From Sedimentisphaeraceae bacterium JB056 (GTDB taxonomy: Bacteria; Planctomycetota; Phycisphaerae; Sedimentisphaerales; Sedimentisphaeraceae), in assembly GCA_044440125.1 (NCBI GenBank), contig JBITAJ010000012.1, positions 96,001 through 160,000 on the forward strand: a DNA stretch of 64,000 nt, in the 5' to 3' direction. A program made the position numbers and the translations under genes. A model generated the notes under the pieces. The model saw only the letters and a list, made by a program, of their open reading frames with translations, ran no database searches and was not told the DNA's origin. Of the stretch, positions 31,619 to 40,533 are shown piece by piece (position 1 is the stretch's first letter; the number at the start of each line of letters is the position of its first letter).

Positions 31619-32581
31619 ATGACGATTGGCAAGGGTAAAATAATTACAGTAGGTATAAATCCCGCATGGGATATAAATTGTATGATTGATGGTATTGACT
31701 GGGGAGACCATAAGATCATAGATGAGCAGATATCCACACCTGCCGGAAAGGCACTGAATGTTTCCAAATCACTTGCCTATCTGGGATACATGAGCGTGGC
31801 TGCGGGGCTTTGGGGTGAGCACGATTATGATGATATGGTTGCCAAGCTGCGGCCTTTGAGCGGTTTTCTCGATCTGAGCTTTACTGTTGCCAACGGCAGA
31901 ACAAGGAGGAATGTCTGCATCAGCGATACTCATAATCACAGGCAGATGCATCTTAGACTTTCGGGTACTCTCGCTTCAAGAACCAATATCAAGAAACTTG
32001 CCGATCAGGTGTTGAAGCTTGTTGACAAGGATGATGTTTGCATATTCGCAGGAAGCATACCTGAAGGTAATTTCAGTGATGACATTGTGTCTTTATTCTG
32101 GGATTGCCGTCAAAAGGAGGCGATGATTATTCTCGACAGTTCTGGAAGTATGTTCAACCGGCTGGTTGAAACCGGTCAGGTTTCTGTGATCGCTCCCAAT
32201 ACTCAGGAACTTGAGGAGCTTATAGACAGCAATGTGAAAGAGGAGCCTTCGGCGATAGCGCGAGCCGGTAAGAAACTTCTCGATAAAGTTGATATGATAC
32301 TTGTAAGCATGGGAGCATTGGGGTCGGTGCTTGTAAATAAGGAAGGCTACTGGCATACTGAGCTTGTCGGTGTTCCAATGCCTGTTAAAAAGACTGTTGG
32401 CTGCGGCGACAATCTACTCGGCGGTTTTGTTTCCGGGCTTCACGAAGACAGCGATCCGGGCTATGCTTTGGAAAAGGCCGTAAGAATTGCCACAGGATTT
32501 GCATACGGTCTTTGCGATACTCATGAATTCTGGGAGCTTGAGGAAAAGGTTCACACCGAAACTTCCTTTTATAAATTTTAA
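31619..32581 (+). CDS. PfkB-family hexose kinase (1-phosphofructokinase-like)
   Basis: NPAWD, AGKALNVS, PNTQEL, TVGCGD. Confidence 0.85.
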   Translation: MTIGKGKIITVGINPAWDINCMIDGIDWGDHKIIDEQISTPAGKALNVSKSLAYLGYMSVAAGLWGEHDYDDMVAKLRPLSGFLDLSFTVANGRTRRNVCISDTHNHRQMHLRLSGTLASRTNIKKLADQVLKLVDKDDVCIFAGSIPEGNFSDDIVSLFWDCRQKEAMIILDSSGSMFNRLVETGQVSVIAPNTQELEELIDSNVKEEPSAIARAGKKLLDKVDMILVSMGALGSVLVNKEGYWHTELVGVPMPVKKTVGCGDNLLGGFVSGLHEDSDPGYALEKAVRIATGFAYGLCDTHEFWELEEKVHTETSFYKF

Positions 32582-32592
32582 GATTTTACAGA

Positions 32593-33393
32593 ATGCGTAT
32601 AATGATAAACTTTTTAAGACAATTGATTGCTCTGCCTCTGGTGGTTCTAAGAGATTTGCTTTCCATTATTCCGATATACAATAAATTGGAAGTGATGCGG
32701 TGGATATGCATAGTTACCGATCAGGCAGATGATGCGCTCGCTTATATTTCCGGTCTTGTCAATGCGTACGGCGTTGAACAGTTCAAGGAGCCGGCTTTTG
32801 AGCAGATGAAGAAATACAAGGATGCCCGTTTTGCGTTGGCTTTGGGAATGGGCTATTATAATTCCAATAAACTTGATTCTGCAAAAGAATGCGTTGATAT
32901 TGCCGAGCAGTGCGGCTGCAAAAATCTACATGAGCTTTTGATGCTGAAGTTTTTGCTTGCCGGCAATTCAGACAAAAATACCAAAGAACAAATCATTGAG
33001 CAGATTATAAACTCAACGAATCTTGGTGCTGAATGCTCGCAGTTTGCCTGGACATTCAAATGCTGGTCGCTTCTGGAAAATCGCAAATTTGAAGAGGCTT
33101 CGGTTGTTGCCGACAGGATTCTTGAGATACAGGAAAACGCAATCGCTATCCTTGTGAAATGGGCTACGACCTTCGAGCGAAATCCGATAGCTGCCAGAGA
33201 TTATTTTGATAAGGCAAAGGCTGCCTGGAAGTTTCCGCATTTTGAGGCATCAGTTGCTCAGGGGTGGTTTCTTCTCGGTAATATGGAGGCGGCGGTTGAG
33301 TATCTGCGGATTGCCCAGCGTGATGGATTCCGACCCGATAGCGATGATGCTATTTTCGAAGAGATAATGAACAGCGAAGAATATAAGAAGTAG
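32593..33393 (+). CDS. Hypothetical TPR-like protein
   Basis: 266 aa helical ORF in operon context. Confidence 0.6.
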   Translation: MRIMINFLRQLIALPLVVLRDLLSIIPIYNKLEVMRWICIVTDQADDALAYISGLVNAYGVEQFKEPAFEQMKKYKDARFALALGMGYYNSNKLDSAKECVDIAEQCGCKNLHELLMLKFLLAGNSDKNTKEQIIEQIINSTNLGAECSQFAWTFKCWSLLENRKFEEASVVADRILEIQENAIAILVKWATTFERNPIAARDYFDKAKAAWKFPHFEASVAQGWFLLGNMEAAVEYLRIAQRDGFRPDSDDAIFEEIMNSEEYKK

Positions 33394-33423
33394 TTTGGGC
33401 AAAGCCTGCTTAGGAGATGACAT

Positions 33424-34455
33424 ATGAAAGCGATGAAACTTACAGGTATCAGGCAGATAGAGATGATGGATGTGCCTGATGTTGAGATAAAGAATGATAC
33501 GGATGTATTGGTGCAGCTCAAAGCGGTTGGCGTTTGCGGTTCGGATGTGCATTATTATAATACCGGCAGGATAGGTTCGCAGGTTGTGGAGTTTCCGTTT
33601 GCTGTCGGTCATGAGTGCGCTGGTGTTGTGGCAGGCGTTGGAAGCAAAGTAACAGGGCTTAAGGCTGGCGACAGGATTGCTGTTGATCCTGCGGTGAGCT
33701 GCTGGGAATGCGATCAGTGCAAATCGGGAAGGCATCACACTTGCCGTAAGCTCTTGTTTTTGGGATGTCCCGGGCAGATTGAAGGGTGCCTCAGCGAGTA
33801 TATCGTGATGCCGCAGGAGAGCTGTTACAAGATTAAGGATTCGATGAGCTTTCAGCAGGCGGCGATTTCTGAACCGCTGGCGATTGGTGTTTACGCGGTG
33901 AAGAAATCTATACCGATGCAGGATGCGAAGATTGGTATTCTGGGAAGCGGGCCGATTGGACTTAGCGTGCTGCTGCCGGCGAAGATGCAGGGCGTGGGGA
34001 AGGTTTATGTGACCGATAAGATTGATTCTCGGCTGGATGTGGCGAAAAAATGCGGGGCTGATTGGTGCGGTAATCCCGACAGCAGCGATATCGTGGCTGA
34101 TATCACGGCCAAAGAGCCGCTGCTTCTTGATGTGGTATTTGAATGCTGCGGACAGCAGGATGCACTTGATCAGGCGATAGAGCTTTTGAAGCCGGGCGGC
34201 AAGCTCATTATGATCGGGATTCCGGAGGTTGACAGGGTATCTTTCTCGATAGACAAGCTTAGACGCAAGGAGATCTGTATACAGAATATAAGAAGGCAGG
34301 TTGGCTGCGTGCAGGATGCTCTGGATATGATAGACAACGGTCTGGATGTGGATATGATGGCGACTCACCATTTTACCTTCGAACAGACAAAAGATGCATT
34401 CGATTTAGTAGCCGCATATAAAGACGGCGTAGTGAAAGCAATGATTGAGTTTTAA
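33424..34455 (+). CDS. Zn-dependent medium-chain dehydrogenase (sorbitol/polyol dehydrogenase-like)
   Basis: GVCGSD, GHE, CxxCxxC...C, GSGPIG. Confidence 0.92.
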   Translation: MKAMKLTGIRQIEMMDVPDVEIKNDTDVLVQLKAVGVCGSDVHYYNTGRIGSQVVEFPFAVGHECAGVVAGVGSKVTGLKAGDRIAVDPAVSCWECDQCKSGRHHTCRKLLFLGCPGQIEGCLSEYIVMPQESCYKIKDSMSFQQAAISEPLAIGVYAVKKSIPMQDAKIGILGSGPIGLSVLLPAKMQGVGKVYVTDKIDSRLDVAKKCGADWCGNPDSSDIVADITAKEPLLLDVVFECCGQQDALDQAIELLKPGGKLIMIGIPEVDRVSFSIDKLRRKEICIQNIRRQVGCVQDALDMIDNGLDVDMMATHHFTFEQTKDAFDLVAAYKDGVVKAMIEF

Positions 34456-34482
34456 AAGAGGATATTTTGACGAGGAGTTGAT

Positions 34483-34623
34483 ATGAAGATTTTAATCAAT
34501 ATTGGTTTTGGTCTGTTTGTCTTTTTATTTTTACTTGGTCTTGGCAATTCAAAGCTGTTAACTCCCGCAAGTATTTTGGGTGGAAGCTCACTGATTGCAT
34601 TGGCTATACATAATAAGAAGTGA
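34483..34623 (+). CDS. Putative 46 aa small membrane protein
   Basis: GAGGAG RBS; MKILINIGFGLFVFLFLLGLGNSKLLTPASILGGSSLIALAIHNKK. Confidence 0.45.
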   Translation: MKILINIGFGLFVFLFLLGLGNSKLLTPASILGGSSLIALAIHNKK

Positions 34624-34646
34624 TAAGTGAAAGATATGTATTTTAA

Positions 34647-34828
34647 CGCCCCGAAAGGGGCATAACAATATAGGCATGGGTATCGCCCATGTTTTGGTTT
34701 TGAAGATGATGTCCTTCTCTCTCCTGCCCTTGTCCGCCGCCGGCGGACAAGGGCAGGAGAGAGGATTATGTGGTGGTGCTTGAATCCTACGGCGTTGCCG
34801 TAGGCTATGTTGTTTTTGCCTTACAGGC
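34647..34828. repeat. REP/MITE-like palindromic element
   Basis: Perfect 23 bp-arm palindrome at 34717-34763, flanked by GCCCCGAAGGGGC, CATGGG..CCCATG and CCTACGGC..GCCGTAGG hairpins. Confidence 0.7.
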
Positions 34829-34856
34829 AAAGTGATTGTTTTATATTTATAAATGA

Positions 34857-35936
34857 ATGATATTTATTAAGGTTTTGGAGAAAGAAGTGAAATTTTCCGC
34901 AAAGTGTTTTTTGTTACTGCTATTTTGTCCAGTATTGTTTGGTGCTGATACTGCATCTGATACACAAAAGAACGATGATTCCGATTCGAAGAAAACCGCA
35001 GTTGTTGCCGATGACCATCAATCCTGGGAAGAGGGAAGGGTTCATGTTGAGGGGACTCATGTATCAATAGTACCACCTGAAGGGTTTGAAGTTACAGACG
35101 GCTTTAAAGGTTTCGTGATGCGTGAAAAAACAGCGTCAATAGTTGTTATTGAAATGACTGAATCATATTCAAAGTTTGTAGAAGAGTTTAAAAAAGAAAG
35201 TTTGGAGAATAGAAGTTTCCATTTAATAAGCCAACAAAATGTTAAAATAGATGGTAAGGAAGCTTTGCTTTTCAAGCTTGAGCAAGAAATTGATGAGATT
35301 GTATACAATAAGCATGTTTTGATATATGGAACAGAGACTATTATATCAATGGTTTGTGCTATATACCCAGCTAAATATGAAGGTTCGTTTTCGGAGTTGA
35401 TGAAGGAAAGTATTCTAACTGTACGGTATTATGAGCTATCCGAGGAAGAGGCTGAGCAGTCTATATCATTTTCCATCAGAGAATATGATGATTTCAAGGT
35501 TGTATCTGAAATGTCTGATACAATAGCTTACTCTATTAATGGTGAGGCGGCAGAGGCTTCTGATGAGCCAGTATTTCTTGCGTCAAAATCCTTATCAATT
35601 GATATTTCTCTTACTCTTGATGACAGAAAGCCGTTTGCAATAAAGAGGCTGAAACTGCTTAAACATCTTGATAATATTGTTGTTATATCGAGCTCGCCGA
35701 TAACAGTAGATGGGCTTAGTGGGTATAAAATCATGGCGAAAGGCAAGAGTATTGATGATTCATTACCGATTTCGGTCTATTTTGTAATGCTTTTTGATGA
35801 TGATTGCTATTACGCTATGGTAGGAGAGGTTGGGTCAAGTCTTCGAGGTAAATATTTTCCATCTTTTAAAAGAATGATTCGGTCTTTTAAGGTGAAGAGT
35901 GACGAGACATCTTCTCAACGTTCTGGCCGCAGATGA
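34857..35936 (+). CDS. Hypothetical secreted protein, probably two similar domains (DcrB/PsbP-like)
   Basis: Signal-like N-terminus; V/I-D-G followed by beta strands and a C-terminal helix, seen twice. Confidence 0.6.
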   Translation: MIFIKVLEKEVKFSAKCFLLLLFCPVLFGADTASDTQKNDDSDSKKTAVVADDHQSWEEGRVHVEGTHVSIVPPEGFEVTDGFKGFVMREKTASIVVIEMTESYSKFVEEFKKESLENRSFHLISQQNVKIDGKEALLFKLEQEIDEIVYNKHVLIYGTETIISMVCAIYPAKYEGSFSELMKESILTVRYYELSEEEAEQSISFSIREYDDFKVVSEMSDTIAYSINGEAAEASDEPVFLASKSLSIDISLTLDDRKPFAIKRLKLLKHLDNIVVISSSPITVDGLSGYKIMAKGKSIDDSLPISVYFVMLFDDDCYYAMVGEVGSSLRGKYFPSFKRMIRSFKVKSDETSSQRSGRR

Positions 35937-35974
35937 TTGTGTTTAATTCTAACTCAAGAGTGACAGATGTTTTT

Positions 35975-36829
35975 TCAGCCCTGGCAGAGGTGAGCTAACT
36001 CGCAGTTTTTGCAGTAGTCGCAGCTTGTGCCGTTGCAGCTTTCCACTATGCCGACACGGCTAAGACAGAAGTCGTATCTTACCGGATCTTCGGGGCATAT
36101 CTCGGCGAATCTTCGGGTTACTTCTACTGCGGTTTTCAAGTTGACGGTTTTCTTGTTGTGGAAACCGATGATGCGAGAAAGACGCGCGAGGTGAGTATCC
36201 ATAGGCACGATAAGCTTCGAGGCAGGAATGCTTTTCCAAACGCCCGGGTCGACTTCGTCGTCTCTCACCATCCAGCGGAGGAACATATTGAGCCGTTTGC
36301 ATGGACTGCCGCCGCTTGGTGAGCTGAGCAGATATTTTACCGCTTTCGATTGCGGCAGGAGCGGGTTGGCATCTATGTGCTTGAATAGAAAATCGCAGAA
36401 GCCGCCGAGTGCTGGCAATACGTTTTCATCATCGGGGCTATATGAGGCGAGCAGACAGTTTTCGATTGTGCCGTACTTTTTCAACATATCTTTCATTGCT
36501 TCGATCAGCAGGATGATGTCGTGCTCATCATTGAAGCGGTGTTTGAAACCGGTCAGCAGTTTACGGTCTTTCTTTTTGAAATTGATAACGAACTCTCGCG
36601 GCGAGTCTCCCATTACGCCGAGCAGTTTTCTTACCGATGCCTGTATCTGAGCAACGCGGCCGTAAGCCAGTGATGTTGCAAGAAGTCCGACCACTTCACG
36701 GTCAGCCGTTGTGTCGTAATCAAAAACGAACATAAGCGGGTCGCTGCCGATATACTCACTGCGATTGTATTTCAAATATAAAGCTTCAAGCTGATCTTTT
36801 AGGTTTTTCATAATGTTTTTGTCTGACAT
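35975..36829 (-). CDS. TIGR02757/DUF2400 family protein
   Basis: SDP, LAYG.V, S.CKRLNMFLRWMVR, P.DTH, DPVRYDF. Confidence 0.88.
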   Translation of the reverse strand: MSDKNIMKNLKDQLEALYLKYNRSEYIGSDPLMFVFDYDTTADREVVGLLATSLAYGRVAQIQASVRKLLGVMGDSPREFVINFKKKDRKLLTGFKHRFNDEHDIILLIEAMKDMLKKYGTIENCLLASYSPDDENVLPALGGFCDFLFKHIDANPLLPQSKAVKYLLSSPSGGSPCKRLNMFLRWMVRDDEVDPGVWKSIPASKLIVPMDTHLARLSRIIGFHNKKTVNLKTAVEVTRRFAEICPEDPVRYDFCLSRVGIVESCNGTSCDYCKNCELAHLCQG

Positions 36830-36858
36830 GTCTGACTCCTCGGACGAGTCGGACGTGG

Positions 36859-37456
36859 TTACTCTTTTCGTTTTGCGTATTTTCTCTTATTATACAGTCT
36901 TTCAGTAAAACCGCCAGTGTTCATAAAATCTTCTTCAAGACGTTTGATCTGTTTGCCGAGCAGGTAGCTTGCCTGATTAATTAGACACAGTATCGCATTT
37001 GCGGCAATTTCCGGCTGGCATACTTTTATGAATTCACACAAATCATTCAAGCCTGTTAGTTGAGGTTTGTTATCGTTTCTGGAAGGAAGGTTTATTTTAT
37101 CTTCTTGCAGTCGTTTTCTCATTGTTTGAGATTTCAAATCATCCTTATCCCATATACAGAAATTTCGTTGTCGCAGAAAATCTTCATAGTCAAGAAGCAG
37201 CTCTTCAAGACTTGCCCTTGCAACGTTGGTCAGTGTAATTTCTATTTTTTTTGCTTGTTGCACTTGCCGCACTTCCTTCTGCTATATTCTGAACTCCGCT
37301 TCGTGCTGCCTGCACCATCTGGTCAGTCATTCTTCTTTCAGTTATGAATCTGTTACAGAATACAACCGTAGCGTCATAACAAACTCGTGCAATTTGAAAG
37401 CTTCTAAGTTTTCTGTAGCCGCCATGCGGAAATACCACTCTTTCATTCTTCTCCAT
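36859..37456 (-). pseudogene. Four-helix-bundle protein with suffix domain, frameshifted in an A8 run
   Basis: 5' ORF HGGYRKL...DQMVQAARSGVQNIAEGS joins 3' ORF KKIEITLTNVARASLEELLLDYEDFLRQR...GGFTERLY if one A is removed at 37245-37252. Confidence 0.85.
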
Positions 37457-37469
37457 CTCAACCTCCGTT

Positions 37470-37509
37470 AAAAAAAGTCCGACTTGTCAGATATGTCAGA
37501 CAGGTCGGA
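37470..37509 (-). terminator. Terminator-like hairpin built of 9-mer repeats (copy 1)
   Basis: TCCGACCTGTC...GACAAGTCGGA followed by CTTTTTTT on minus strand. Confidence 0.55.
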
Positions 37510-37594
37510 GAATAGTTTTTTATTTCTCCAATGGTTAATGTTGTGGTGATTTTAGATTGAGTTTCCTTGTCCTTCTCCATTTAAAACCTTCCTC

Positions 37595-37634
37595 AAAAAA
37601 AGTCCGACTTGTCATTTAAGTCTGACAAGTCGGA
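37595..37634 (-). terminator. Intrinsic terminator after nifS (copy 2 of the repeat)
   Basis: 12 bp stem TCCGACTTGTCA/TGACAAGTCGGA plus T7. Confidence 0.7.
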
Positions 37635-37644
37635 TGATAGATTT

Positions 37645-38805
37645 TTATTTTCCAAATGGTGAGAGTTCTCGCAGCCTTGTAATAATCGGCGGCATCTCCT
37701 TTATCACTTTGTCTACTTCTGCCTCTGTTGTGTACATGCTTAGGCTGAATCTGATTGAGCCGTGCGCTGCCGTGAACGGTACGCCCATTGCCCTGAGCAC
37801 ATGGCTTGGCTCAAGCGAGCCGCTGGTGCATGCGCTGCCGCTGCTTGCGCAGATTCCGAAGCGATCGAGCATGAGCAGGATTGCTTCACCTTCGATAAAC
37901 TCAAAGCTGATATTGGCTGTGTTGGGCAGGCGGTTGTCAGGGTCGCCGTTGAGCATTGCATTCGGGCAACTGGTCATGAGGGCTTGCTGAAGCTTGTCGC
38001 GAAGTGCCTTGACCTTGGTGTTTTCCAGTTCAATGTGCTGCTTTGCCAGTTCGCACGCTTTGCCAAGTCCGATGATGGCGGGGGCGTTCTCAGTGCCGGC
38101 GCGTCGTCCGCCTTCCTGATGTCCACCGGTCATGTACGGATGAAGCATTGTGCCTTTTCGAATATAAAGTACGCCGATTCCTTTTGGAGCGTGAAGTTTG
38201 TGGCCGGATATACTGAGAAGGTCAATATTGCTGCCCTCAAGGCTTATTGGAATTTTGCCCACAGCCTGCACGGCATCGGTATGGAAAGTGGCTCCATTTT
38301 CCTTTGACAGTCTGGCAACCTCATCGATTGGAAAGATTGTTCCCGTTTCGTTGTTGGCCCACATCATCGTTACAAGTGCTGTCTCTTCATCGATGGCGTC
38401 TTTGAACTCGTCCATATCAAGACGACCGTTTTCATCAACACCTATTTCTACGACTTGGTATCCGTGGGGAGCCATTGCCCTGCACGTAGTAAGTACTGCC
38501 GGGTGTTCAACTCGTGTGGTTATCAGTTTGCGTTTAGCGGGGTTGGCCGATAATGTGCCTTTGATGGCCCAGTTGTCGCTTTCGGTGCCGCCGCTTGTGA
38601 AGAAAATCTCCGAAGGGTCGCAGTTAAGCAGTGCTGCTACTTTTTCACGCGCATTGCGAAGCTTGGTGCTTACCTGCCCGCCGAAATTGTGCATGCTTGA
38701 GGCGTTGCCGTAAAATTCGCCGAAGTACGGCATCATTTCTTCTATAACTTCATCGGCAACCCTTGTAGTTGCATTATTGTCGAGATAAATCGTGTCCATT
38801 GGCAT
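37645..38805 (-). CDS. nifS: Cysteine desulfurase NifS/IscS
   Basis: YLDNNATT, SGGTESDN, SGHKLH, SSGSACTS; adjacent to nifU. Confidence 0.95.
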   Translation of the reverse strand: MPMDTIYLDNNATTRVADEVIEEMMPYFGEFYGNASSMHNFGGQVSTKLRNAREKVAALLNCDPSEIFFTSGGTESDNWAIKGTLSANPAKRKLITTRVEHPAVLTTCRAMAPHGYQVVEIGVDENGRLDMDEFKDAIDEETALVTMMWANNETGTIFPIDEVARLSKENGATFHTDAVQAVGKIPISLEGSNIDLLSISGHKLHAPKGIGVLYIRKGTMLHPYMTGGHQEGGRRAGTENAPAIIGLGKACELAKQHIELENTKVKALRDKLQQALMTSCPNAMLNGDPDNRLPNTANISFEFIEGEAILLMLDRFGICASSGSACTSGSLEPSHVLRAMGVPFTAAHGSIRFSLSMYTTEAEVDKVIKEMPPIITRLRELSPFGK

Positions 38806-38840
38806 TTCTCTCTTTCTTTATGCCGCTTTTGCGATATAAA

Positions 38841-39689
38841 TTATTTCTCCTCGGTTACAGTGATCTTGTCACTTACGTATTCCCTGAGCTTTGCCTGGAC
38901 GACATCTCTGAGTGTAAGTTCTGCCATCTTGCAGTTGGCACACATCCCGCGGAATGCAACCACTACCTCGTCACCGATTATATCTATGAGATCGATGTCG
39001 CCGCCGTCGGCCTTAAGTGCCGGACGAACCTGCTCATCGATAACTTCCTGTATGAGCTGTATTTTCTGTATATTGGTGAGTTTTGCCGGACGTTTTACAA
39101 CCGGTTTGTGCTCAACCTTGGCTTTTTCGCCCTGAACCTGCTCGATTATTTTTTCAATTTCATGGAAACATCCGCCGCAGCCGCCGCCGGCCTTGCAGTA
39201 GTTGGTTACTTCCTCTACTGTTGTCAGGTCGTTTTCACGTACAACGGTTTCGATTTCCTTGTCTGTGAGGCCAAAGCACTTGCAAACAACTTCGCCTTCA
39301 AGCTTATGTACGGTTGTAGAACCTGTGCGGTAATTCTCAATCGCGGCTTCGAGTGCCTCTTTACCCATTACTGAGCAGTGCATTTTCTGGTCCGGCAGGC
39401 CGCCAAGGAAATCCGCGATGTCCTTATTATTTACTTTTTCAGCTTCTTCAAGAGTCATTCCCTTGATCATTTCAGTCAGTGCGGAGCTTGATGCGATGGC
39501 TGAGGCACATCCGAATGTCTGGAATTTGACATCTTCGATACGTTTGTCGGCATCAAGTTTGAATGTCAGTTTGAGTGCGTCGCCGCAAGCCAGCGACCCA
39601 ACTTCCCCGACACCGTCAGGGTCTTTAACTTCGCCAACATTTCGAGGGTTGATGAAGTGATCTTTAACTTTCTCTGTATAATCCCACAT
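38841..39689 (-). CDS. nifU: Fe-S cluster scaffold NifU (IscU + [2Fe-2S] + Nfu domains)
   Basis: ACGD, FGCASAIAS, MHCS, CxC...GGCGGC, DGGD...CxxC. Confidence 0.95.
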   Translation of the reverse strand: MWDYTEKVKDHFINPRNVGEVKDPDGVGEVGSLACGDALKLTFKLDADKRIEDVKFQTFGCASAIASSSALTEMIKGMTLEEAEKVNNKDIADFLGGLPDQKMHCSVMGKEALEAAIENYRTGSTTVHKLEGEVVCKCFGLTDKEIETVVRENDLTTVEEVTNYCKAGGGCGGCFHEIEKIIEQVQGEKAKVEHKPVVKRPAKLTNIQKIQLIQEVIDEQVRPALKADGGDIDLIDIIGDEVVVAFRGMCANCKMAELTLRDVVQAKLREYVSDKITVTEEK

Positions 39690-39845
39690 AAAATTCCTCG
39701 CTTTCAATTAAGCGGTTATTTCAAAAGTATTTAACTCGCCAATAAGGCTACTACAAATTACTACTCACATTATAAGGATTTTGTTTGCCGGTAAAAGGCT
39801 AAAATCTACATCAGTTGTGTTGAGATCGTACCGAAAAGAAAATAC

Positions 39846-39882
39846 TTGACATTTTTTTATGATGTTGTTAGTATTTACTTAC
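39846..39882 (+). promoter_or_regulatory. Sigma70 promoter overlapped by putative TetR operator 1
   Basis: TTGACA (39846) -17 bp- TAGTAT; imperfect palindrome GTTAGTATTTACTTAC at 39867-39882. Confidence 0.7.
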
Positions 39883-39903
39883 AGTTTATTTGTGAGGATA
39901 ATT

Positions 39904-40482
39904 ATGGGTAATACCAAAGAACAAAAACGTGAAAATTTACTTCCGCTGCTTTCGGCAAAATTTGCAGAGGTTGGATTCAGGCGGGCAACAACCGCACAAT
40001 TAGCAAAATCATGCGGTGTTCAGGAGACAATTCTGTATAGGCTCTGGCCGGGCAAAAAAGAAATGTTTGTAGACTCAATAGATTATATAACAGAGAACTT
40101 GATATCTGTCTGGCAAAATGAGGCAGGTAAGTATCAATCACTGGCAGAATCACTGAAAAACCTGCTTAATTATGAATCAGAGCACTTTGGAGAGCTTGGA
40201 AATTACATAATAATCTTCTCCGGACTCAATGACGCTGACGATCCTGATATAAAAGGAGCACTGAGCAGGATGTATTTCAGGATACATTCTTTTCTTGTAG
40301 AACTTATCACTAAATACAGGGTTGCGGCGGGTAAGAGTGATAATATTGATGTCGCAATGCAGGTCTGGTCGCTTATCGGTCTTGGCACAATGATAACCAT
40401 TACAAAACGTCTTGGGCTGCTTAGTGACGCTGACAGACAGCGGCTTATGAATCAGATGGGCGGCTTTATGCTTGGTCTTTAA
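39904..40482 (+). CDS. TetR/AcrR family transcriptional regulator
   Basis: F...GF...TT..LA...GV....LY...PGKKEM HTH. Confidence 0.9.
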   Translation: MGNTKEQKRENLLPLLSAKFAEVGFRRATTAQLAKSCGVQETILYRLWPGKKEMFVDSIDYITENLISVWQNEAGKYQSLAESLKNLLNYESEHFGELGNYIIIFSGLNDADDPDIKGALSRMYFRIHSFLVELITKYRVAAGKSDNIDVAMQVWSLIGLGTMITITKRLGLLSDADRQRLMNQMGGFMLGL

Positions 40483-40498
40483 GTTAGTATATACTAAC
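40483..40498. promoter_or_regulatory. Putative TetR operator 2
   Basis: Perfect palindrome GTTAGTATATACTAAC directly upstream of the UbiA gene. Confidence 0.75.
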
Positions 40499-40533
40499 AA
40501 TATGTAGCGTTAGGTTTATTGAGGAATTGAGAT

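Noticed and set aside
33250..34371. 373 aa minus-strand ORF
   Set aside because: Antisense to a clear Zn-dehydrogenase; no recognisable motifs
37645..39689. Nitrogen fixation implied by nifU/nifS
   Set aside because: No nifHDK; NIF-type Fe-S assembly is common in non-diazotrophic anaerobes
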